Shown here one piece after another: positions 1 through 9,751 of a DNA stretch of 64,000 nt; position 1 is the first letter of the stretch; each line of letters starts with the position of its first letter. This DNA comes from Epithemia pelagica. Lineage: Eukaryota > Protista > Bacillariophyta. The notes below the pieces were generated by a model that was not told where the DNA came from, searched no databases, and saw only the letters and a program-made list of their open reading frames with translations. The position numbers and the translations under genes are program-made. Location of the stretch: assembly GCA_946965045.2 (NCBI GenBank), contig OX337236.1, forward strand, positions 1,240,001-1,304,000. Reading direction: 5' to 3'.

Positions 1-61
1 GAGAGCATTCCTTCAGTTTTGACCTTTGCCTCTATTGAGAGAAGAAACAAACGCTTCCAAG

Positions 62-496
62 ATGGATATGATGTTTTACATGAACAAGAACAAGGAGAAG
101 GCCGCGACCAAGGAGAAGGAGCGCAAGGAGAAGGCCGAACTCAAAAACGTGCTCATCACGGAAACTGCTGAGACAGCGATCCGATCGAAGCAATTCGGTC
201 AAGAAAAGGCCTGGAAGCAAAAGGGACGCGAAACCAAAGCTAATTTGAAAGACGTTAACATGGCAACGGCCGCGTTTGAGTCTGAAATCCGTAAGGAACA
301 ACATCAGCGGGAGAAGCAATGGAAACAAACTGGCCGCGAAACCAAGGAGTCCAACCGAGATGTTCTCATCACCGATACGTGCGAGTCGGATATTCGTAAG
401 GAGCAACATCAACGTGAAGTGGACTCCAAGAAGACAGCCCGGGACACGAAAGATTCCAACAAGGATGTCAATATGGCCGCTGCCGTTTTCGGTTAG
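62..496 (+). CDS. Hydrophilic 35/36-aa repeat protein, paralog 1 (144 aa), function unknown
   Basis: ATG at 62 (MDMMFYMNKNKEK) matches the start of the paralog at 1061. It has three 35-36-aa repeats plus a partial repeat ending AVFG-stop. Many differences from the paralog are synonymous. Confidence 0.8.
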   Translation: MDMMFYMNKNKEKAATKEKERKEKAELKNVLITETAETAIRSKQFGQEKAWKQKGRETKANLKDVNMATAAFESEIRKEQHQREKQWKQTGRETKESNRDVLITDTCESDIRKEQHQREVDSKKTARDTKDSNKDVNMAAAVFG

Positions 497-1060
497 GTAC
501 GTTCGACTTCGCTCTACCGATGTCGAAAACGCAGGAATGACGGAGATGGGTCTCCAAACGTGTGTCTATGTTTGATTTCGGGCATGTTAGGACTTAATTT
601 TATTTTAGAATGCCTTCGCTAGAGACATGTTCTCTTTGTACGGTCACCCTCAACCACTTAGAATCAGTTGCGACCTTTCAAATATGGCATTCATTTCGTG
701 TGTTGCGTCCTTCATATTTCTACAAAGGAGGAAATCTATGAGTAAGGCATCCAACATCCAATATCTGAATTGGAGCCAGACCGACCGAGCAAAGACAAAC
801 GTCGAACTTTTAAATTTTAAAAACTCCTTCGAAACGACCAAGACCAAAGTATCCAACAAACACATCTTCTTGGGTATGGACGCGCTGTGACCAAAATGAC
901 TCCCAATCAAACTATGAAATGTCTTTTTTCATCTTTTGGTAAAAACAAACACCTATCCACAGTTCTCACATCCAACGTTTGACAAGCCGCGTCGCTCCTC
1001 CTTCTCCCAACCGTTGCCTTCCCTTACTCGTCTTTCGAGAACAAAAATCACACTTTCAAG

Positions 1061-1603
1061 ATGGATATGATGTTTTATATGAACAAGAATAAGGAGAAGG
1101 CGGCGACCAAGGAGAAGGAACGAAAGGAGAAGGCGGATTTGAAAAATGTTCTCATTACGGACACGGCGGAATCAACGGTACGCAAGCAACAGTTTGGTCA
1201 AGAAAAGGCGTGGAAACAAACTGGTCGCGACACAAAGGCCAATTTGAAGGATGTTCTCATTACGGACACTGCCGAGTCATCGGTGCGCAAGGAACAGTTT
1301 GAGCGCGAACAACGTCACAAGCAAGACGCTCGCGATACCAAGACCAACCTCAAGGATGTGAATATGGCCACTGCTGTCTTTGAAACCGAGATTCGTAAGG
1401 AACAGCATGAACGCGATCAACAGGCCAAGCAGACAGCCCGAGATACCAAGACCAACCTCAAGGACGTCAACATGGCCACTGCCGTCTTTGAAACCGAAAT
1501 CCGCAAGGAGCAACACGAGCGCGAACAACAGGCCAAGCAGACAGCCCGAGATACCAAGGACTCTAATAAAGATGTCAACATGGCACGAGCTGTCTTTGGA
1601 TAA
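1061..1603 (+). CDS. Hydrophilic 35/36-aa repeat protein, paralog 2 (180 aa), function unknown
   Basis: Same N-terminus and C-terminal KDVNMAxAVFG as 62..496, with four repeats (e.g. KDVNMATAVFETEIRKEQHERDQQAKQTARDTKTNL). Confidence 0.85.
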   Translation: MDMMFYMNKNKEKAATKEKERKEKADLKNVLITDTAESTVRKQQFGQEKAWKQTGRDTKANLKDVLITDTAESSVRKEQFEREQRHKQDARDTKTNLKDVNMATAVFETEIRKEQHERDQQAKQTARDTKTNLKDVNMATAVFETEIRKEQHEREQQAKQTARDTKDSNKDVNMARAVFG

Positions 1604-2263
1604 TTAGAATAGATGGCATGAAGGGTGCCACTTTGAAGGAGAAGGTTTGGATAAGCGATGGTAGGACCAGGCTTAACCACTTACTCTAACTTTATGGACG
1701 ACCTTAAACCGTCATCCATGAAGCAGGTGAACGTCGACTGCAATGTCGTCTAATGTCTAGAACCATATATTTACTGTTGAAGTGATGAGTCTAGAACTGG
1801 CACGGTTATGTAGGGTATGCATAGCCATGGAGTAAACATCACAGGGTTTGCATTTGAAATACCGTGCATAGCTGGATTTTGGGAAGCTGCATTTGTCGTA
1901 GCTTCATTTTGTCTAGCTTCATTCCTCGTTTCTTCCTAAAAGTTGCTACATGCGTCAACAATCGACCTTTTGATATAGTTTCAATTATCTATGTGGTGTT
2001 CATGTCGAAAGACAAACGTCTATGAAACGTATGCTGGAAAGTTGAGGGTTGTCTCCTCTCCTACGAAATATCTGTGTACAAGAAAGTTTATCATAGTTTA
2101 TGTAGTTCTATCACGAGTTCGTCTCCTTTACAATCAGACTTAGGGTGGCCCTGAACAATGTTCACGCCCCTTGACTCACACATATACGATATAGGGCAAG
2201 AGACTGGATTTTTCTTGCTCTTGTCCGTCCCCTTGGACAAAACAAGAATCAGAACCCTCGGAT

Positions 2264-3373
2264 CTATGCCGACTTGGATGCGACAATGCGTGGTTTAGTC
2301 GAAGACGACGACGACGACGACGAAGAGACCTTTGTGGTTCGATGAGTCTGAAATTGGCTGGCATGCAGTGTTTTCTCGGTGGACGAGAACAAGACATCCT
2401 CAAATTGACTTGAAATGGATGCTCGACGGGAAAAGATCAAACGCCGTGAAAGTCCTCCTCCTCCATGTCCCTTGATACCCATGAGGGTGGCTCGACGACT
2501 TTGCTGAATAGCATCCACTTCTTCGACAGCCTTCATAATCTCGGGCAACGTGTATCCTAGATGCAACAGCCTATTAGTAACACGACAAAAAATGACAAGT
2601 CCGTGAGAGAGTGTTATGAGCAGAAGCACCTCAACAAAGAGTCGTTGCATCCTCAATGCATCGAATTTCAGAAGGCCCTGTTTTAAAAAGGAAACGTACC
2701 GAGAGAGTCGTGTCCCGGCATCGAGTCGTTTCACGGGGGCTGACCTTCTCCTTGAAGACTGAGGCTCATGACCTTCCACATCGTGCAGGTGCTGCTCTAT
2801 CATTGCATGGTTGCTCATTCGGCGATTGGCAGGTCGGCGGCGACCCATTTGATTCTGCTGAATGTTGTGTAAATGCTTTCGAATATATTCTTGATAATCC
2901 AGACGGATTACGGTTCGTTTTTCGTGATTCCATGCCAAGGTCAGCGGCGCTCCGCCATCGGAGACTCCTGGATGATCACCGAGCATTGTGGGAAACTCAT
3001 ATATCGTCAAATTGCCCCAACCAACACTGCGCAAATGGCGATGAGATGTTTTCTTTTTGGAACGGATGATGCGCTCACTGCTGTTGCTATGGTCGTGCTC
3101 GCAATGGGACGTGGCATCCTCTGTCGCCACGGAAGTTGAATCGTTGTGGCTGCTGTGTACCCTTCGAAGTATACTGCGAAATCGCAATGGTTGTTGTTGC
3201 TTTTGGGAAAGCTTTCCGTGTGGTTGCGGAGCCATGGTTGTTTGTGGTTTGCTGTTCAGTTGGTAGTTGGTATTATGGGAGATGCGTGTTAGCTCTATCG
3301 TCAAAGCCATGTGCTGCAGCAGATGAGAACAGCAAAAGACTTGGTGGTGGTGTTGTTGGCTCTTCTGCCACAT
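2264..3373 (-). CDS. Uncharacterised protein of a diatom-type family (VxW/FGxxxIxE...LGDHP...GxPLxLxW motif), 2 exons
   Basis: Motif SVGWGNLTIYEFPTMLGDHPGVSDGGAPLTLAW. An in-frame 129-bp GT-AG intron at 2571-2699 joins RLSR|LLHLGYTLPEI. The start is uncertain (ATG 3373 or 3235). Confidence 0.7.
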   Translation of the reverse strand: MWQKSQQHHHQVFCCSHLLQHMALTIELTRISHNTNYQLNSKPQTTMAPQPHGKLSQKQQQPLRFRSILRRVHSSHNDSTSVATEDATSHCEHDHSNSSERIIRSKKKTSHRHLRSVGWGNLTIYEFPTMLGDHPGVSDGGAPLTLAWNHEKRTVIRLDYQEYIRKHLHNIQQNQMGRRRPANRRMSNHAMIEQHLHDVEGHEPQSSRRRSAPVKRLDAGTRLSRYVSFLKQGLLKFDALRMQRLFVEVLLLITLSHGLVIFCRVTNRLLHLGYTLPEIMKAVEEVDAIQQSRRATLMGIKGHGGGGLSRRLIFSRRASISSQFEDVLFSSTEKTLHASQFQTHRTTKVSSSSSSSSSTKPRIVASKSA

Positions 3374-3718
3374 CGGTCTTGACAAGAGGGGCGGCCTTGC
3401 AAGTTCCCCATTGCAAAAGCTTCGAAGAACAAAAAGCACATGAGCCCAGGGACAATAAGTAAAACAAGGGGATACATTCGTGTTTGCCTCTTGTCCGAGG
3501 AGAAAGTCTGCTGGGGATGCTTATAATGCAGGGAGAAGAGAGAAGACGATAACAAGGCCGACGAGAAAGATGGAAGGGAAAAACATTAGAATTGATGCCG
3601 AGAATGAAAATGGCAGGGAGAAAATACTGTACTAGATGATCTACAAGAATTATTGGACAGACTTTGAGATTCCCCGAAGTGTTGGCAATCACGAATCCAA
3701 CTTTCCTCTTGCACTTGG

Positions 3719-3929
3719 TGTTGAAGGATGTCCCGTCATCGGTCGCGGAGGCGGATGCAACTGCGACCAAGGATACGTCGCCTGGAGCACCAGATGGAGT
3801 CGAATGGATGGAAGCTGAACGACGTGGCAAGCAATCGAAGAAAAAGAGCCAGAGAGCTCATTCTAAGGAGAATACGTAACTTGTAATCGATTGTTGCCTT
3901 TACAGCACAGTTGTTAATAGGTTTCAACA
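3719..3929 (+). repeat. 5' LTR (211 bp)
   Basis: Identical to 9591-9801, with TG...CA termini and a 7-bp terminal inverted repeat. Confidence 0.98.
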
Positions 3930-3943
3930 TATTCTCCTTAGAA
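3930..3943 (+). promoter_or_regulatory. Atypical primer-binding site, self-complementary to LTR 3861-3874
   Basis: TATTCTCCTTAGAA directly abuts the LTR end. It lacks the TGG expected for tRNA-CCA priming and is the exact reverse complement of TTCTAAGGAGAATA at 3861-3874. Confidence 0.75.
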
Positions 3944-3980
3944 AATAATCTCACATTGTGCCGTGAAGTACTGCCGGTCA

Positions 3981-4643
3981 ATGTCTGAGGAACCAAGTCG
4001 CCTCACCACTTTATTGAACCAGTTGACTTTGTTATCGATCGAGCAGCAAGATCGCATCAACGAGACCTACCGCAGGCACGAACATAACGTGCAACAGCGG
4101 GAAGAGGCGTTTCGTGAGGCCCGACGCGAGCTGGAGGACAAGCACAAAAACGATATCGCGCACGACCGGCGCCTCCTCCGAGACGCTAAGGATCGCATTT
4201 ACGCGGAAATCCAAGAGAGGCGGAGGAATTTATTGATTCAAATCCGTTCAACTTCAACTGTGACTGAAGAGCAGGAATTGGTGCCAAAGGTACCTAGGAC
4301 CGTACAACAACGCACCTCGGAGGCAGAATTGGATTCATCTCGGGACGAATCGGCTGAGCTAGCGGACGACATCAGGGAACTAGAGGACGGACGCATCGAA
4401 ATCATCGTTGAGATTCCAGATCTCCCCGCAGACGCAACCACCAAACCAAAGAAGCTGGCTATCGGTAGTGACGTGTGGGTATTAAATCCTTTGAAGCTCG
4501 CTCGAGTTCAAAAACGAACACACCTCAAGGCCAAAGTGATTGGAACCACCCCATCCGGACAATACAAGCTCCAGGTGTGGAACCCAATCCTCAAGGTAAA
4601 CGAAGAACATCGACGAATCCGGAAGAATCTGGCCCTCAGATAA
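3981..4643 (+). CDS. Extra retrotransposon ORF (220 aa): coiled coil, acidic linker and predicted SH3/KOW-like beta domain
   Basis: Intact ORF inside the element, upstream of gag. The N-terminus is helical and charged. The C-terminus (LAIGSDVWVLNP...AKVIGTTPSGQYKLQV...HRRIRKNL) has a small beta-barrel pattern. The fold is inferred. Confidence 0.75.
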   Translation: MSEEPSRLTTLLNQLTLLSIEQQDRINETYRRHEHNVQQREEAFREARRELEDKHKNDIAHDRRLLRDAKDRIYAEIQERRRNLLIQIRSTSTVTEEQELVPKVPRTVQQRTSEAELDSSRDESAELADDIRELEDGRIEIIVEIPDLPADATTKPKKLAIGSDVWVLNPLKLARVQKRTHLKAKVIGTTPSGQYKLQVWNPILKVNEEHRRIRKNLALR

Positions 4644-4645
4644 TC

Positions 4646-7600
4646 ATGTCACGCCAAGAACAACCACAACCAGATGGCGCCCCATCCTCAACAGCGAGTG
4701 GCACGGGGAGATATGGACGCAATGGTGGCCGCGGACGCGGTCGAGGTAGAGGAGGACGTGGCTCAGGTGGCCAACAAGGAAATACAAAGTTCCAAGGGCA
4801 GGAACCGACCCTTAAAGACTGTATCTTCGATTATTCAGAAGACCCACAGTCCAAGCGGTATCTTCGGAACGTCGAACACTTGATTGGTTATGTTGGGACA
4901 ACGTTCAAGCGGTACAATCTCCAATTCCAGCAAGCCCTGGAGAATCTTGAGTTACCACCACCTGATGAAGTTGTGCCTCCCAAGGATACGACCAACACCA
5001 TCAAGGTCGAAGAATGGAAGATGAAATACAAGATGAGAGAAGAACAATTGATAGAATATCAAAACTTTCGTGCCTCCCTCTATAGCCTCATCCTGGGTCA
5101 GTGCACCCAGTTGATGAAGGATAAATTGCAGGCCAAAGCAGAGTTCGACGCAGTAAAGAAATCAAGAGATGGAATCGAATTGCTCAAGTTAATCAAACGG
5201 ACCACATTCACCTACGATTCAGGGCGGATTTATGCTCTGGTGGGCCGTGACAAACTCAAGGAAGAATTCTACGGGTTGAAACGAAGACAGAATCAAAGCA
5301 TTCAAAGCTACTACGAGCTTTTTCGTGCGAAAGCCAAGGTAATAGAGGAGCTTGGCATTCTCCTCTATGATGATGACCTTGCACAACAAATTGCAACAGA
5401 CAACAGACACACAACGGGGCCCACCGAAGAAGACAAGGAAGAAGCACAACAGCGTTGCATCGCCATTCGATTCATTCGCTCATGTGGGGCAAGGGAGTAT
5501 GAAACCCATTTACAAAATACGTTTTTGGACGGACCGAACCATTATCCGAAGACCCTCGCCAATGCCCGAGCCATTATTGACAACCGACTGTCAGGCCATC
5601 GCAGTGGGCACGGGCAGCAACCGGTACAAGAAAGTAATGCCACCGGACTGGCTTACCATGCCAGAGAAAGCACCAACAATGGCGACGACGATACATCAAG
5701 TCTGACAGGAGCCACATTGAACACAACAGGACATCAGAGTGGAGCAGCCAACAATGATGGAGCACAGCGCAATCCTCCGAACACAAACGGTACAGTGACG
5801 GTTAACAGACAGCAAACAGAGCTGTCAGCAAATTCTCACCACTTCTCTTTCGCGTCCTCCTGTTTTCAGCCTTGTAACCTATCCAAAGAATGGCTCCTCC
5901 TTGATAACCAATCTACTGTGGATATCATTCACAGTGGACACCTTCTACAAAACATACACACAGCCACTACTCCCATCACCATCACAAGTCATGCCGGGGA
6001 GAGACAACTTACACAACAAGGATTGTTTCCTGGCTATGGGATAGTATGGTATGATCCCGAAGGATCAGCCAACATTCTATCTTTGACCAACGCTCAACAC
6101 CGATTTCGAATTCACTACGACAGCCACGACGGCAACACCTTTCAACTCTTGGACCCTGCTACGGGCAGACTCAAGCACAAGTTTACTCAGAGCCCACAAG
6201 GTCTTTACTACATGCATCTCGACTCCCTACAAGGTAGTAGTTTCGTAACTACGGTTAACGATAACGAAACTCATTACACTGCCAACGAGATCAGTAGGGC
6301 CAAGGGCGTACGTGCATTACAAGCTAAGATAGGGCGCCCTTCCACAAGGGATCTCATCTATATCCTCAACCACAAGCTCATCCCCAACGCTCCTTTCACC
6401 AGCGACGATGCGAGAAGGGCAGAGCTCATCTATGGCCCTGATCTGGGATCGTTAAAAGGAAAAACGACCAGAAGGCGTCCACCAGTTGTGGACACCACAG
6501 AAACAGTACCACCACGCCTCGCGGAAAAACATAAAGACGTCACGATTGCTTTGGATGTGATGCATATCAACAACATCTCCTTTTTGGTTACAACCTCACG
6601 CGTGTTTCGGTTTTCCACCATGGATGCCATCAAGGATAAAGAAGAGGACACGCTGATTCGATCGATCAGAAAGACATTGTCCGTGTTTCGTCGTGGCGGT
6701 CTGCGACCCAGGTTTATTATGGCCGATGGAGCGTTTGCAAGTGACGGAATGGAAATGAGTATGGGAAACTTAGGAGTGAAATTAAACACCACGGCCCGCG
6801 ATGAACATGTGGGTCTGATCGAACGGCACATACGAACTGTGAAGGAACGAATCAGGAGTGTTTATGCAACTTTGCCGTTCCCGACTCTGCCAAAGATTAT
6901 GCTGATCGAACTGGCTAAATTTGCCACCTTCTGGCTCAATAGCCTCCCAACACAGAATCATGAGTTGTCAACTACTATGAGCGCCAGAGAACTTGTCACA
7001 GGCGAAACGCTTGATTTTAATCGGCACTGCCGGTTTGAGTTCGGAGAGTACGTACAATGCCATGAGGAGCATGATAATACCATGGCTCCCCGCACGGTGG
7101 GGGCACTTGCATTACGCCCAACAGGCAATAGGCAAGGAAGTTATTACTTCCTGAGCCCCGAGAGTGGTCGTGTCATTACTCGGAACCATGCCACCAAATT
7201 ACCAATGCCGAAAGAAGTGATCCAGCGGGTAGCACAATTGGCAGCTTCCCAAGAGATGCAGCCTGGTCTTGCTTTCGGAAACCGAGATAACCGAATTCTC
7301 ATGTTAGATGATGATAATCCCCTCCTGGAGGACGATGACAGTGTGTATACGCACGTGGAGGAGGAAGACGACGATCTCCGCTATGATGACGATGTGGTTG
7401 ATCATGAACTGGAAGACGAGCCAGATCCAAACGGTCCACCGATGGAATGGGACCAAAATGGTGTTGAAAACCAGGAAAACCAAGGAGTGAATGATCCAGC
7501 TGGTGGTTTCGACAACGGTGACGGTGAGATGGAACCTGTGGAACAGGGAATCATGGAGGAGCCAATGGAGGGAGAGGCAGGGAATGTGGAGGAATTGATG

Positions 7601-9751
7601 GAAGGGGGGGAACAAGACAATAATGACAATAATGATATTGTTGTGGCCGAAGAAGATATCCAAAACAACAACCTTGAAGAAGTGATTGATATGCCGGACG
7701 ACGAGGAGATGGAGATTGTCTTCGAGCCTGCAAACGACGATGAAGACACAGCAAATGACAACGAGAACCCGAATGAGGGTGACAATAACAATCAACGATA
7801 CAACCTGCGCCCGAATCGTGAGCGCAGTTACGCGCATCGATTTGGTCACACATTCGCATGTGTTGACAGCCTCGAACCGAAACAGCGCTACGATGGATAC
7901 TTGCTCCGCGGAGTGCTATATCTCATTGAGGCAGAGACAAACCTAGCAACCCCACAGATGTCTATGAGGCTAGGGATCAAGATGTTCGGCAACAAAGGAA
8001 GAGAAGCCGTTAAAAAGGAAATAAAACAGCTGCATGACCGAGGGGTTTTACGAGCCGTCCACAAAGCCGACTTATCGTGGGAACAAATTAAGCAAGCACT
8101 GAACTACCTGATGTTTTTAAAACGCAAGAGATGTGGAAAAGTAAAAGGTCGGGGGTGTGCTGACGGGCGTAAACAACGAGGTTTTGTCCCGAAGGAAGAT
8201 GCCGCTTCACCCACCGTTTCGACAGAAGCAGTTTTCATAACGGCAGTTGTGGATGCCGTGGAGCGACGCTATGTTGTCATAGCAGATATCCCAGGCGCGT
8301 TTATGCATTCCGATATGGATCCAAATGTCCATATGCGTATCGAGGGCTTAATGGCAGAATTGCTCTTGGAAGTAGACTACGAAATGTACAGCAAATATGT
8401 GGTCTACGAATACAACAAACCAGTCATCTATGTGGAAATGTTAAAAGCTTTGTACGGCACCCTCAGGGCTGCTCGTCTCTTCTGGATCAAGTTGAGTGGG
8501 GTCCTGCAGAGTTGGGGGTACATCATCAACCCCTACGATCACTGCGTAGCAAACAAGATCATCAACGGAAAGCAATGCACCGTAACCTGGCACATTGATG
8601 ATTTGAAAATCTCACATGAGGACCCGGCGGTTGTTGAGTCGTTCTTAACCGATCTACAGGCTGAGTTCGGATCTTTGGGAGACATCTCGGTTTCCCGCGG
8701 AAAGCGCCATGATTATCTGGGGATGTTTCTCGATTTCTCAGAGGACGGGATTCTTCAAGTCGACATGCGCCCATACTTACAAACAATCTTTGCTAACATG
8801 CCATCCGAGATGGTTGGCAAAGCCCAAACGCCAGCTGCAAATCACCTGTATCATGTGAACAATGAAGCAACAAAACTCAATGAGCAGGATGCGGAGCGTT
8901 TTCACAGTATCACGATGCAGTTAGCGTACCTAGCACACCGCGGTCGGCCCGATATTCGAACTGCTGTCGCCTTCCTGTCCACCCGAGTGGCCCAACCTGA
9001 TGAAGACGATTATCGGAAGTTGTCACGAGTGTTGAAATATTTGCAAACCACCGTGGATCTGGTTCTTCGCTTACAAGGTGCAGCTGAGTGGATCATAAGA
9101 TGGTGGGTAGATGCATCATATGCGGTACACCCCAACACCAAAGGACATACGGGTGGATTCATGAGCCTTGGCAAAGGAACAGTGATCGGCTTTTCAGCCA
9201 AACAAAAGTTAGTTGCAAGAAGTTCCACCGAATGCGAGTTAATTGGCATTCACGACGTGATGCCATCACTCATCTGGAGTAAGAAGTTTATGGAGGCCCA
9301 AGGATTGAATGTGCAGGATGTTATACTGCATCAAGATAATCAGAGCAGCATCCTCTTAGCCAAGAACGGTCGACTGTCCAGCTCCAAACGAACGAAGCAC
9401 ATTGATGTTCGCTATTTCTTTGTGACAGACCGCATCAAGAACAAAGAGTTGAGTGTGGAGTTCTGTCCTACAGAACAAATGATAGCGGATTTCTTTACGA
9501 AACCGCTTCAGGGTCGCCTCTTTTACCAACTACGGGACCTGATCATGAATATTGCTCCTCACGATAAACATCATTCGTCCCATAGGAGTGTGTTGAAGGA
9601 TGTCCCGTCATCGGTCGCGGAGGCGGATGCAACTGCGACCAAGGATACGTCGCCTGGAGCACCAGATGGAGTCGAATGGATGGAAGCTGAACGACGTGGC
9701 AAGCAATCGAAGAAAAAGAGCCAGAGAGCTCATTCTAAGGAGAATACGTAA
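4646..9751 (+). CDS. Gag-Pol polyprotein, single uninterrupted ORF
   Basis: Protease WLLLDNQST. Integrase core ALDVMH...MADG...IERHIRTVKER. RT KVKGRGCADGRKQR and WHIDDLKISH. RNase H WVDASYA, SSTECE, QDNQS, TKHIDVRYFFVTD, ADFFTKPLQG. First ATG is at 4646. Confidence 0.97.
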   Translation: MSRQEQPQPDGAPSSTASGTGRYGRNGGRGRGRGRGGRGSGGQQGNTKFQGQEPTLKDCIFDYSEDPQSKRYLRNVEHLIGYVGTTFKRYNLQFQQALENLELPPPDEVVPPKDTTNTIKVEEWKMKYKMREEQLIEYQNFRASLYSLILGQCTQLMKDKLQAKAEFDAVKKSRDGIELLKLIKRTTFTYDSGRIYALVGRDKLKEEFYGLKRRQNQSIQSYYELFRAKAKVIEELGILLYDDDLAQQIATDNRHTTGPTEEDKEEAQQRCIAIRFIRSCGAREYETHLQNTFLDGPNHYPKTLANARAIIDNRLSGHRSGHGQQPVQESNATGLAYHARESTNNGDDDTSSLTGATLNTTGHQSGAANNDGAQRNPPNTNGTVTVNRQQTELSANSHHFSFASSCFQPCNLSKEWLLLDNQSTVDIIHSGHLLQNIHTATTPITITSHAGERQLTQQGLFPGYGIVWYDPEGSANILSLTNAQHRFRIHYDSHDGNTFQLLDPATGRLKHKFTQSPQGLYYMHLDSLQGSSFVTTVNDNETHYTANEISRAKGVRALQAKIGRPSTRDLIYILNHKLIPNAPFTSDDARRAELIYGPDLGSLKGKTTRRRPPVVDTTETVPPRLAEKHKDVTIALDVMHINNISFLVTTSRVFRFSTMDAIKDKEEDTLIRSIRKTLSVFRRGGLRPRFIMADGAFASDGMEMSMGNLGVKLNTTARDEHVGLIERHIRTVKERIRSVYATLPFPTLPKIMLIELAKFATFWLNSLPTQNHELSTTMSARELVTGETLDFNRHCRFEFGEYVQCHEEHDNTMAPRTVGALALRPTGNRQGSYYFLSPESGRVITRNHATKLPMPKEVIQRVAQLAASQEMQPGLAFGNRDNRILMLDDDNPLLEDDDSVYTHVEEEDDDLRYDDDVVDHELEDEPDPNGPPMEWDQNGVENQENQGVNDPAGGFDNGDGEMEPVEQGIMEEPMEGEAGNVEELMEGGEQDNNDNNDIVVAEEDIQNNNLEEVIDMPDDEEMEIVFEPANDDEDTANDNENPNEGDNNNQRYNLRPNRERSYAHRFGHTFACVDSLEPKQRYDGYLLRGVLYLIEAETNLATPQMSMRLGIKMFGNKGREAVKKEIKQLHDRGVLRAVHKADLSWEQIKQALNYLMFLKRKRCGKVKGRGCADGRKQRGFVPKEDAASPTVSTEAVFITAVVDAVERRYVVIADIPGAFMHSDMDPNVHMRIEGLMAELLLEVDYEMYSKYVVYEYNKPVIYVEMLKALYGTLRAARLFWIKLSGVLQSWGYIINPYDHCVANKIINGKQCTVTWHIDDLKISHEDPAVVESFLTDLQAEFGSLGDISVSRGKRHDYLGMFLDFSEDGILQVDMRPYLQTIFANMPSEMVGKAQTPAANHLYHVNNEATKLNEQDAERFHSITMQLAYLAHRGRPDIRTAVAFLSTRVAQPDEDDYRKLSRVLKYLQTTVDLVLRLQGAAEWIIRWWVDASYAVHPNTKGHTGGFMSLGKGTVIGFSAKQKLVARSSTECELIGIHDVMPSLIWSKKFMEAQGLNVQDVILHQDNQSSILLAKNGRLSSSKRTKHIDVRYFFVTDRIKNKELSVEFCPTEQMIADFFTKPLQGRLFYQLRDLIMNIAPHDKHHSSHRSVLKDVPSSVAEADATATKDTSPGAPDGVEWMEAERRGKQSKKKSQRAHSKENT
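9581..9590 (+). promoter_or_regulatory. Short candidate polypurine tract
   Basis: CATAGGAGTG lies directly before the 3' LTR and overlaps the HRSV codons. The purine run is only AGGAG, so support is positional. Confidence 0.5.

Noticed and set aside
3930-3950. Conventional tRNA primer-binding site
   Set aside because: There is no TGG near the LTR end and no resemblance to the iMet PBS. An internal-tRNA primer cannot be fully excluded without the host tRNA set.
3636-3996. Short ORFs at 3664..3879, 3636..3818, 3736..3996, 3273..3830 and 9608..9802
   Set aside because: They arise from LTR sequence (a copy of the Pol tail) or are chimeric across the insertion junction; they are not independent genes.
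4472-4643. Programmed -1 frameshift from the extra ORF into gag-pol
   Set aside because: The frames overlap in the -1 register, but no canonical slippery heptamer is present and gag has its own ATG at 4646.
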